Part shown: in pieces, positions 11,376 through 21,990 of the stretch
Position numbering within the stretch: position 1 is the stretch's first letter
How the letters are laid out: the number at the start of each line of letters is the position of its first letter
From: Eledone cirrhosa
Taxonomy: Eukaryota
Assembly (NCBI GenBank): GCA_964016885.1
Contig: OZ024745.1
Coordinates: 83,204,001-83,268,000, forward strand
Length of the DNA stretch: 64,000 bases
Direction: 5' to 3'
Notes under the pieces: model-generated
Told to the model about the DNA's origin: nothing
Databases searched by the model: none
Seen by the model: the letters and a program-made list of their open reading frames with translations, nothing else
Made by a program: the position numbers and the translations under genes

Positions 11376-12080
11376 TATATATATATTAATTAAAAAAAGT
11401 TAAACCTCCTTTATTTATAAGTTTGCAATATTGTATTTTGTTTAAAGAACAAAATAATTTTGCAAGTAAATTCATATGTCAAGATTTGATAATGTTAAGA
11501 ATTTACATTATTGCACTCTCATTGCGTTCTAATGATCTTATTTTTATATTCCTATTTGTAAGTTTTCGAAAGTTCCCCTATCATTAAAATCCTTCATCTC
11601 ATTGCAACTTTCGCTGGAGATTTGTAGTGCCAACACTTGCGTTTTTTATTTATTTTCCGTAGCACTATTTGTTTTTATAATCATAGCGGTGATAAAGTTA
11701 TTTGTTAATCGCTGTCCAGTTAAATTGACATTGTGCTAGAATTTCATACGTAATATGGGCATTTCAGAGCCAAGACACTATTCTAATGATAGAGTAATGT
11801 GCTGATATTTATAACGTGTTTTATACTGGTAATTGCTTTCGTTATACGACATCAGATGTGTGAACCTATCTTTCCTCTCGTCTAGATTCAGTCGTTTTTA
11901 ATCATATCCTCTGTAGATTAAATACCATTTCATGTTGCCTATATTTTCTATTAAAGTATTTTAGTATTTTAACACTGCTTTGACTGTTTTTGAAACGGAA
12001 ATATATTCAAATCAACAGACAGCGAAAGACGCGTTCCGAGTTGTCCGACAGACAACCTTTTCCCCCACCCCGGAAAAAAA

Positions 12081-12116
12081 CCCCAGTTGATGGATGTGAA
12101 TCCGAAATATATAGGG
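12081..12116 (+). ncRNA. Degenerate minimal type-I hammerhead-like motif
   Basis: CCC-CAGTTGA(2 mismatches to CTGATGA)-T-GGAT-GTGA-ATCC-GAAA-TATATA-GGG. Confidence 0.35.
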
Positions 12117-13212
12117 ACTATTAAATCTCTCCCTAGGTAACTCTCTCTCTTGTGTTGTTATTATTATTTTTATTCTTTTACTCTTCCCTTCATTCTACAC
12201 ATCTCACACATCTTATACACACCACGCATCTCAACGTACACCCACTTACATATCTCTCTCTCCACCACCGGACCTTGTTACCCGGAGATTTACCCATTTG
12301 CATTGTCGAGGCTTCCAAACGACTTATAAATATTCTCATTGTTTATTTTCTTAACTATATACATTTCATATTTAATACCTCGTGTGATTTATCAAGCTGT
12401 TATATTTTTTGAAATATGTGTTTGGAAAGCTGTGTTGTTAATATATTACTTAGCAGCATTTCAAGTAGCGTGATGAATGAAATTGCTTCAAGGGATCTAA
12501 TATCCTTCGCAAAGTGAAATCACCTGGAGCTAAATTTACACTTTGCTTTGGTTTTTGCTTCAATTTTCATCTCACTCTATTTTGTATGTATCTGGTGTAC
12601 ATTAACCCTATCATTAAAATCAATACATCGTATGAAGAATACGGGCATGATGATTTTATCTTCATCTTCAAACTCACCTTTATTTTGTTTTATTGAATTC
12701 GCAAACATACACCTACTCCTTCTCAAGTGGCATGCAGTTATCCGGGGAGCTTTTCTACAACATTTTTCAATATTTTATCATGTTTTTCCATATTTGGAAT
12801 GTTTTTCTATCTTCAATATTTTACGATCAACGGTTCGCATGATAGCATTTTACACTCTGGAGTTTCATACAAAGTCGTGAACCGATGCAATATTCTACAG
12901 TTCTTTTACCACATTCAGTCATTGGACTATATCCATGCTGAGCCATCAATATATTTCCTATCGTTAAATGTTCTGTATAATTAAATTGTATGGGGATTAT
13001 GTTTTATTTTTTTTTTTAAATAAAAATTGTCATTCTCTTGCACTTTTTATCCTAACATTTACATGAATCTACATTTTTCTTTTGATCAATTTTAGTTTTC
13101 ATTTATTTCAATTCATATCCCATTTATGCTGTTCGTGAATAAATGTTTTGCTTGGTCTCTCGTATAGCAGCTAAAATTTGGTGGTGTTTTCTGTCTTTCA
13201 TATTTTATGTAA

Positions 13213-13270
<58 letters not shown>

Positions 13271-13396
13271 ATAATCGTTTCTACTTTTTAGCACAAGGCC
13301 ACATATATTTATAGTAATAATAATAATAAATGTGAAGACTAAAATCCGAAGATGGCTCGATAAGGATAATATAATATAATATATAAACATATATAA

Positions 13397-13579
13397 AAAA
13401 AACCGTAGACCAAATATTCATTAAAATAATAGATTAAAGTTTAAGCAAAGAATCGCTGCTTTGACCCTTAACGGGATCTTCTGAAACTGTTTCAGAAGAT
13501 CCCGTTAAGGGTCAAAGCAGCGATTCTTTGCTTAAACTTTAATCTATTATTTTAATAAATATTTGGTCTACGGTTTTTA
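13397..13579. repeat. Near-perfect ~90-bp-arm palindrome derived from the terminal repeat of the PLE at 20252-21990
   Basis: Centre at 13488, one mismatch; arms match 20252-20315 and 21835-21920. Confidence 0.9.
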
Positions 13580-13704
13580 TATATTTATATATATATATAG
13601 ATTTTGAGTATATGTTGGTTGTATACCAACACTTAAGTATGCAGGCTGGAGCACTCGACGAAGTGCGGAGGTTGGTTTGGTTACTCCGGAGTAATGTAAA
13701 ATAA

Positions 13705-14116
13705 AGTTAAATAAAAAGTCAAATGTTTAAAATTTAGCTTCGTTTATTACTGCTATATATATTTCGGTGACAACCATCTTTGGCTGTGACATCTTCAAGC
13801 AGTCCGAATTAGTGTGGTATAGACAAGTACATATGTTGTTGACGTGTATAATATTGTCAATACTCTGATATGCCCAGTTCCTGGTTGGGTTGTTATTTCG
13901 CTGAAATATATGCCCAGTTCCTCGGTGAAATAACAACCCAACCAGGAACTGGGCATATCAGAGTATTGACAACATTATACACCTCAACAACATATATACT
14001 TGTCTATACCACACTAATTCGGACTGCCTGAAGAGGTCACAGCCAAAGATGGCTGTCACCGAAATATATAAAGCAGTAATAAACGAAGCTAAATTTTAAA
14101 CATTTTACTTTTTATT

Positions 14117-14121
<5 letters not shown>
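13705..14121. mobile_element. Fold-back PLE pseudo-LTR-type element (~195-bp inverted arms) abutting (TA)n
   Basis: Arms 13705-13899 and ~13927-14121 are reverse complements with a few substitutions; both contain a hammerhead motif. Confidence 0.8.
14023..14077 (+). ncRNA. Minimal type-I hammerhead ribozyme motif (core intact)
   Basis: ACTGC-CTGAAGA-GGT(C)ACAGCCA-AAGA-TGGCTGT(C)ACC-GAAA-TATATA-AA-GCAGT; a mutated inverted copy lies at 13749-13803. Confidence 0.75.
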
Positions 14122-14175
<54 letters not shown>

Positions 14176-14181
<6 letters not shown>

Positions 14182-15627
14182 TATGAAGAGAGAAGAAACA
14201 TTTAGATATAATTAGTAATAAAATGTATCATACCTAAACTGCTCCTAGATTCCTCGACTACGTAGTTTCATGGCATAAACAAAAACAATACATCATAAAG
14301 ATATAGAGTCCTTGCGAGGTCTGCCGACTTATCAAGAGGATACCTCATTTTACTAGCTTCAAGAACGCGTCTACACGACGTGAGAAAGAATCCCAAAAGG
14401 CGGAGGGGGAGATAGTCACGCGATATAACGGTCGAGAAACAGAGCTAAGCCTCTTATAACCCCGAAGAAAATACCACGGAGGCGGAGGGGGTATTTATAT
14501 CGAAGCCGTAGAAGAGGTGGTGAAGGAGGAGAGAAGTATGAGTAATGGCAGCATTCCAGCAGTCACCACACTTCAAAGATTACTCGACCAGAGGGAGTTA
14601 TGAACAATATATTTAGAAACACACAGATACATGCGGACACACACATATACATGAATGCATCCACACCCAACCGTGGGATAATGGTGCCAACCTTACCGAT
14701 GTTGCTCAATGAATGACTGGGACAGACCAATCCGGTTGAATCAGACTGAACCAGTATCAGAGTTAAAAATACATTATGAAGAGGAATCTAGGAGCAGTCG
14801 AGGAATCTAGGAGCAGTTTAGGTATGATACATTTTATTACTAATTATATCTAAATGTTTCTTCTCTCTTCATAATGTATTTTTAACTCTGATACTGGTTC
14901 AGTCTGATTCAACCAGATTGGTCTGTCCCAGTCATTCATTGAGCAACATCGGTAAGGTTGGCACCATTAACTCACGGTTAGGTGTGGATGCATTCATGTA
15001 TATGTGTGTGTCCGCATGTATCTGTGTGTTTCTAAATATATTGTTCATAACTCCCTCTGGTCGAGTAATCTTTGAAGTGTGGTGACTGCTGGAATGCTGC
15101 CATTACTCATACTTCTCGCCCCTTCACCACCTCTTCTACGGCTTCGATATAAATACCCCCTCCGCCTCCGTGGTATTTTCTTCGGGGTTATAAGAGGCTT
15201 AGCTCTGTTTCTCGACCGTTATATCGCGTGACTATCTCCCCCTCCGCCTTTTGGGATTCTTTCTCACGTCGTGTAGACGCGTTCTTGAAGCTAGTAAAAT
15301 GAGGTATCCTCTTGATAATTCGGCAGACCTCGCAAGGACTCTATATCTTTATGATGTATTGTTTTTGTTTATGCCACGAAACTACGTAGTCGAGGAATCT
15401 AGGAGCAGTTTAGGTATGATACATTTTATTACTAATTATATCTAAATGTTTCTTCTCTCTTCATAATGTATTTTTAACTCTGATACTGGTTCAGTCTGAT
15501 TCAACCGGATTGGTCTGTCCCAGTCATTCATTGAGCAACATCGGTAAGGTTGGCACCATTAACTCACGGTTGGGTGTGGATGCATTCATGTATATGTGTG
15601 TCCCCGCATGTATCTGTGTGTTTCTAA

Positions 15628-15632
<5 letters not shown>
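14176..15632. mobile_element. Non-coding 592-bp unit present as ~1.4 tandem copies (14800-15632) plus one inverted, permuted copy (14176-14783), flanked by (TA)n; retrozyme/non-autonomous PLE-like
   Basis: 14800-~15040 is repeated at 15392-15632; the left arm is the reverse complement; a hammerhead-like motif lies at the unit junction. Confidence 0.75.
15307..15396 (+). ncRNA. Type-I hammerhead-like motif with degenerate core (TTGATAA)
   Basis: Stem I TCCTC/GAGGA; stem II GGCA...TGCC; GAAA-CTACGTAG (palindromic stem III)-TC, giving a GUC site after 15391; inverted copy at 14251-14340. Confidence 0.6.
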
Positions 15633-15709
<77 letters not shown>

Positions 15710-15972
15710 TATATAAATGCCTCATACCAAATTAGTAGGTCAGTGATTTGGACACGATACATTTTAATGTTTACATTGTTCTTTTCTACATTTGTAATCA
15801 TTCAAAATTCATAAATTTCAATGTTATTTTCTTCCTCCACGGAAGATAAATATCAGTTAAATAACAGTTATATACTGAACCCAGTAATATAGATTTCCAC
15901 TGATTATACTCCATATCTGCAGATATGCGACAATTGAAAATATATGAAATACTTATTATTTCAGTAGTCTTA

Positions 15973-16870
15973 TGGCGGCGGATTGGTAGCATAGATAGAG
16001 CGTCGGTCAACATACTTTACGGTATATAGTTACGGCTCTTTACATTATGAGTTCAAATGGCGCCGAGGCTAGCTTCGCCTTTCACCTTAACGGGGTCAAT
16101 AAAATAAAGTACAAGTAATGCACTGGGGTCGATTTATTCGACTTTCCACTACCCCAAAATTGTTGGCCTTGTGGCTAAATCAGTAACCATTATTTCAGCA
16201 GCCTTAAAGGTAGTGGATTGGCAATATCGGTAAGGTATCAGACAAAATGCTTTGCAGTATTTAATTACGAGTTTTTACTCTCTTAGTTCATATCCCACCG
16301 AGGTCAACTTTGCATTTCATTCTTCGAAGGTCGATAAAATAAAGTAGCAGTAAATTACTGGAGTCGATATAATCGATTTTCCCTTTCCCTCAAATTGCTG
16401 GCATTGTGACAATGCTAGCAAGAATTTTTCAGTTGCCTACGGAGGTTGATTGCCATGTTGATAGAATGTCGGATAAATACTTAATATTATTGGATCTGAT
16501 TCTTTAAGTTCAGAGTTCAAATCGCGTTCATTAGTCCGAGATCCATAAAGTAGCAATCGATTTTCCCTTCTTCTTCTTCTTCTTCTTCTTCTTCTTCTTC
16601 TTCTTCTTCTTCTTCTTCTTCTTCTTCTTCCAGCGGGATCACCTTGTGGGTCTTCCGTCGGTTTGTTCAATCTGTCCAACGATTCTTTCTGGAGTTGATT
16701 TCTCAATTCGGAGAAGTAGCGGCTCTACCTGGAGCGACTCATTGATTTCCAAGCTACGAACTCTATCAAATAAAGTTACTCGAAAGAAACTTCGTAGGAA
16801 TCCAATTTCGGCTATCTTTCCCTTTCCCTCATAATTGTTGGCCTTGTGCCAAAATGAGAAACCATTATTT
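15973..16870 (+). mobile_element. Cluster of 3-4 tRNA-derived SINE copies, one interrupted by a (CTT)n-tailed insert
   Basis: SINE head and core motifs at 15973-16195 and 16208-16420; partial copies at 16440-16565 and ~16770-16870. Confidence 0.75.
16568..16631. repeat. (CTT)n microsatellite
   Basis: Direct inspection. Confidence 0.95.
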
Positions 16871-16949
16871 CAGTAATCTTATTGATACTGTGTACCCTTA
16901 TTGCAGAGCAGAGCATGACCATACACCCCTTCACGACATGTGATGTATT

Positions 16950-18700
16950 TTGCTTTTAGGTTTTCTATTTTATTGAAATTACTTTGCGTTAACATACATC
17001 TAGTGTCATGCAGTGTTGTTGCTTTTTTGGGGATGTCTTATTTATATCTAAGATCTGGGGTTTGGATTAGCATTTGTATGCATATGTATTAACCATTCCC
17101 ATGGCCTTCATTATTATAAGTCTTCTGTTATTTCCAATACCAAAATGCTAGTTAACATTATTTCCAAATATTTATATTTGTATAATTTATTGGGGTTTTG
17201 TTCAGTTACAGCCTGCTTATTAGAGAAATATACTTCAATTAAAGCTCCTTTCCTTTCCTAGAAGTGAGGGCTAACAATATCTGATTGATTTGCATTGATC
17301 TCCTGATTTGTCTGGTTTAACTTCAGAGTATGTTTACTTTGTCATTTCTCTGAAAAAGTTTCTAGTATATCGTTATGTCATCGCTTTTCTGTTGGTATAT
17401 CATAATGTTGGCATGTACTATGTTGTAGAATAATGAGTAGTTTGTGACGTTTACGTTATTTTCTGCATATAGTTTTATTTTATGTAATAGTTTAATGAGT
17501 TTACAACACGCTTTTCTAAAGTTTTCTTTCATTTCTCTAATTTATTTATCCATATGTAATTTTAAGTCTATGTTTAGTCTATTTTCCTAACAAAGATACT
17601 ATATTTTCAATCGTATTCTCTTCCTAGCTGCATTTGCAGAATTTTCTAATCCAAATCTCATGTCAATTCCTTTCGTAAATTCATGCACTCTCCATACTTA
17701 CTTAGACTTAGAATCCCTTGCACATTGAGACGCTTGAGGTGTCCGAAGTGCTCCAATAGCCACGGTCTTTTGCATCTATCAATATATCGTCTTAAATTTA
17801 GTTGATGGGTTTCAGGTTTCTGTTGATTGTCTGTTGCCAGTTCAACATGGGGTTACCAATACAGGGCCTGATTAGCAAGAATCTCACTTGGGAGCCGTGT
17901 GAAATATCCCAATTTGTCATGTCGGATGCTTGCACACGATGATAGACATGTTGTTGATGAGCAGCGATTATAAATGTTTATCACTTACAGCGTACAACAT
18001 GAAACTGTCCCAATAAAATATAGCTGTTTGTTCTCCTATAGAATTTCTATCCGTGTTCACTCTGGTTACCATGTTAAGGTTAAACAGAAACGTGTAGAGA
18101 AGGAGGTTTTTATAATTTTATTTTTTTCCGCATACGCCTTCTATGTATCATCTTACATCTGATTAATGTTTCTTAGATCAAGATTGTGTGGCAAATATTG
18201 AAGTTAAAGCTTTATATGTTGTAAGAATAGAGATTATGTGTCTGTTACTCCAAGGGCTTGCCATTTCTTGGGAATTTAGATGACATTATTTTCTGCTGCG
18301 TCATTCTCTTATCAAGCACAAGCACCATAAGTGGTGACTATAAACATTCTAACTGTAAGGTTCGGATTATTAACAGTTCCTGAAGACTTCCATTTGTTTA
18401 GATGTTGATTTAATGGGATTCATTGTAAATTCAATTAGCCACTCAAGATTGTTCAGATACTTCGTTTAATTTAGTCCGTGGTGATTCCTTTTTTTTCTAT
18501 ACTCCCAATACAAATGTTTCTTCTCTTGCAGTTGGACCTCAATTTATCACTATTTTATCTTTATTTAATCCTCGATAAAATCCGTTTCGTATAGGATCAA
18601 ACTGTTTGTTTTGTTCAGAAACTTTCACAATAAATGATACGTTGTTGTTATTTATCTAAATTGTCTTAATTTAGGTATCCTTTGATTTCACATTTATGTC
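16950..18700 (-). mobile_element. Heavily decayed R4/Dong-like RT relic
   Basis: Minus-strand remnants GIDMRFGLENSANAARKR (~17610-17670; cf. DIKMEFGLDKCAKATFTRG) and KKWQALG (~18250-18270; cf. SKWKSPG). Confidence 0.4.
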
Positions 18701-18716
18701 AAAGACCCTTCCATAT

Positions 18717-18916
18717 NNNNNNNNNNNNNNNNNNNNNNNNNNNNNNNNNNNNNNNNNNNNNNNNNNNNNNNNNNNNNNNNNNNNNNNNNNNNNNNNNNNN
18801 NNNNNNNNNNNNNNNNNNNNNNNNNNNNNNNNNNNNNNNNNNNNNNNNNNNNNNNNNNNNNNNNNNNNNNNNNNNNNNNNNNNNNNNNNNNNNNNNNNNN
18901 NNNNNNNNNNNNNNNN
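18717..18916. other. Assembly gap (200 N)
   Basis: Run of n. Confidence 1.
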
Positions 18917-19159
18917 GATTTTAGATGTATGTATTACCTTCTTGCACGTCCCTCTGTTTCTGTTTCCCTGTCTCTCCCCCCCCCTCCTCTCTCTCTCTTT
19001 AGATGTGTGTGTGTGTGTAGTTATCCTAATCTGTCTCTTTCACTCTCTGTTTCTCTAGAGGGTTGCCTTTTGATGTATGTATTACCTGCTTGTGTGTTGA
19101 GCGAATTTGAAGGAGGTTATCCTTTTGAAATAAACATACATACGACGCTCATCTCTATG

Positions 19160-19526
19160 TTGATATATGATATAAATAATGGGATTGATGAGTTAATATC
19201 TGTATACAACAACTACAACGGTACGCGATGGGGCCCACCCACAGCCCCTGCAGACAGAATGGAGAAGGCGTTTCCCCGGGGGACGGCAAGGGAGGCGCGC
19301 TGGAAAAGCCACTCCAAGTCGTGGGGCTCACACCTGCGGCTGCGCAGCTCAGCACCTATGGTGGTGAGTAAGGAGGTAGCCCTGGGGCCGAGGACACCAG
19401 AAGTCTCCACTGCCAGGGGTACAACCGCAAATCTGTCGGAAAGCGACCGGTCTTTGAGGAGTTTGGCCCCCTCAGCCCGACTGCAGCAGAACCTGGGTAT
19501 ATATTGATATATTGAAGGTAGATACG
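19160..19526 (-). mobile_element. 3' fragment of a CRE-like RLE non-LTR retrotransposon
   Basis: ORF 19213-19548 reads VPLAVETSGVLG...LFQRASLAVPRGNAFSIL, matching the P.A.ET.G / QR.S.A.QRGNA C-terminus typical of CRE-type elements. Confidence 0.65.
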
Positions 19527-19603
19527 GAAAGTAAAAGAGTGTTGTCATATAGAGAGTGAAGAGAGACAGAGAGTAAAGCAGTTAAATTATAGAGAGGACG
19601 AAA

Positions 19604-19646
<43 letters not shown>

Positions 19647-20110
19647 GACGCTCAGCTTTATAATATTAGAGTGTGAAGAGCGACAGAGAGAGTAAATCAG
19701 TTAAATTATAGAGAGGGGGAATGATCTATTATACAGAGAGGGAAGAGTGACGGAGAGAGTAAAGCTAAGAAACTATAGGGAGATGTGTAGGATACATACG
19801 TGTTGACCGAATTTATATACGACGCTCATCTCTATGGAAAGTAAAAGTGTGTTGTCATATAGAGAGTAAAGCAGTTAAATTATAGAGGGGGTGAAAGAGG
19901 GAGAGAGAGAGAGAGAGACAGACGACTCTCAGCTTTATAATATTAGAGAGTGGAGAGTGACAGAGAGAGTAAATCAGTTAAATTATAGAGAGGGGAAATT
20001 ATCTATTATAGAGAGAGGGAAGAGCGACATAGAGAGTAAAGCTAAGAAACTATAGGGAGGTGTGTAGGATACATACATAATACATACACACGACACAGCT
20101 TTATAATATT
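19527..20110. repeat. Tandem ~300-bp GA-rich repeat, two copies
   Basis: gaaagtaaaa..gttgtcatatagagagt...ctcagctttataatattagag...gctaagaaactataggg...gtaggatacatac occurs twice. Confidence 0.8.
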
Positions 20111-20251
20111 ATAGATATATATATATGAATGAAAGTTTGGTAAAATCAAAGCTTCGGCTGTAGGTGTGTGTGTGTGTGTGTGTGTGCGTGCGTGTGTGTG
20201 GGTGTTTGTGTCTGTGTGTCTGTGTCTGTGTATACGTGTATATATATATAT

Positions 20252-21990
20252 ATATTTATTAAAATAACAGATTAAAGTTTAAGCAAAGAATCGCTGCTTT
20301 CACTATTAACGGGAAACTAAAAAAAATCAATCTGTGAACGCAGAAGTAAATATTACAAAAAATGAGCCGTAGGAGCACGTGCAACCCTGTAGCTAGTACT
20401 AACTGTAATTGTAGGAATCGGGTTGACAGCCCCCTATCCGGGAAATGCCTCTTTAGTAGCATTGTCTACAAACGTAAGGTTGAAACACCCACGTCCCGTA
20501 GGACCTACATAGGGTTAACCGCCAATAGATTCAAGCATCGTCTTTACATGCATACCCATTCTTTTCTTAACCCTTTAAGAAGGAATATGATGTCACTTTC
20601 AGCTTATCTCTGGAGTCTAAAAGACAACCACACCCAATGTAAGTTACACTGGGAGATCCTAGTTAAAGCTAGAACGTATAACGGAAATATAAGACCATGT
20701 GACCTCTGCGTTGCTGAGGCCCAGGAAATACTCTACGCCAAAGACAACATCTTAAACAAAAAATCTGAGGCGATTTCGGCTTGTAAACATAAATTGCACA
20801 AGGTTTTCCTATATTACGCGGATATTTTGCGTCTTGATGTGGTAGCTAAGTATATGTTATGTTTATACCATTACTTATTTGTATAGGTGAGTATATATTA
20901 CCTGTATGTTTTGTGAAGGTACATATACTTTCTCGTACGTATATTTTATTGTATATATTTGGCATATATTTTTATATATACTGGTACATGTGCATATGGT
21001 TATGTGTATACGTGAGGTTTGCGTCTGTGTGAGTATGAGGGTTCGTACGTATGTAGGGTGTGTGTATATGTGTATTTTGTGTTTTGGTTTCCGTATGTCT
21101 GCGAATATATGTGTATTTGCATGTAGGTATGTGTGGGTGTGCGTTATATACGTATTCATGTGTGTATATTTATATACGGTTATATAATTATATGTATACA
21201 CGCACACACACACACATATATAAATATATATTTTTTTAATATATATTCTTATGTGTATTTGGTGTAAACGTTCGTATGTGTGCGGGTACAGGCGTTGCGT
21301 AGGTTCTGTATGTGCGTTTTTATTTGCGTACGTGCTTGTATTTGCATACCCATGGCGAGTGTTTTCGCGTATGCTTGTGATGTACGTATATGTATATATT
21401 TAATTTCAGTTACCTCTGTAATTTATTTACGTTATTCTTAACTCTGAAGCCGAGAATCATTCGGTCTCCTGAAGAGAATTTTAGTCTAGGACTTCAGTTA
21501 TACCATATACGCGGATTTGTGTTTGCGTGTCATTGTTCTCAACATTCCACATAATGACGTATTATCTTCGTTTTTTCCGTTCATTGCCAGAGAACGTCTC
21601 CACGAACTACGTAATAGAATATTAGTCTACGAGTTCTTTTATACCATAAACGTGGTTATATCTCTGAGTGTAATTGTTTTTACCACACCAAATAATGACG
21701 TATTATCTTCGTTTTTTTTTCGTTCATTGCCAGGGAACATTTCCACGAACCAAAGTATCGTCTGCCTGTCTTCGTTCGGTTGCGACGCTTTTTGAAGTAA
21801 TTACTTCTGCGTCACAGATTGATTTTTTTTAGTTACAGAAGATCCCGTTAAGGTTGAATGCAGCGATTCTTTGCTTAAACTTTAATCTGTTATTTTAATA
21901 AATATTTGCACTACGGTTCTTATATATTTGATATATATTCATCCTTATCGAGACCTCTATGGATTTTAGTCTTCAAATTTATTATTATTA
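20252..21990 (+). mobile_element. 5'-truncated Penelope-like element: inverted terminal segment + GIY-YIG endonuclease + 3' pseudo-LTR region
   Basis: Inverted repeats at 20252-20357 and 21797-21908 around a GIY-YIG ORF; inserted at (TA)n. Confidence 0.8.
20362..20886 (+). pseudogene. PLE GIY-YIG endonuclease domain
   Basis: CNCR....PLSGKCL..SIVY...RTYIGLT...FKHR...H..SF...LS.YLW.LK...W.I...CDLC..E...LN..SE....CKHK. Confidence 0.8.

Noticed and set aside
12480-12960. Possible decayed PLE reverse transcriptase on the minus strand (FFIRCID)
   Set aside because: Single weak motif, insufficient support
13493-13520. CAGAAGA-TCCC-GTTAA-GGGT-CAAA as a hammerhead
   Set aside because: Core is non-canonical in all copies here, and no stem I/III could be found
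14449-14518. CCTCTT..CCGAAGA-AAATACC..GGTATTT..GAAG..AAGAGG hammerhead look-alike
   Set aside because: Both cores deviate, and it lies on the strand opposite the better motif; likely just a hairpin (the other strand has a TATAAATA box)
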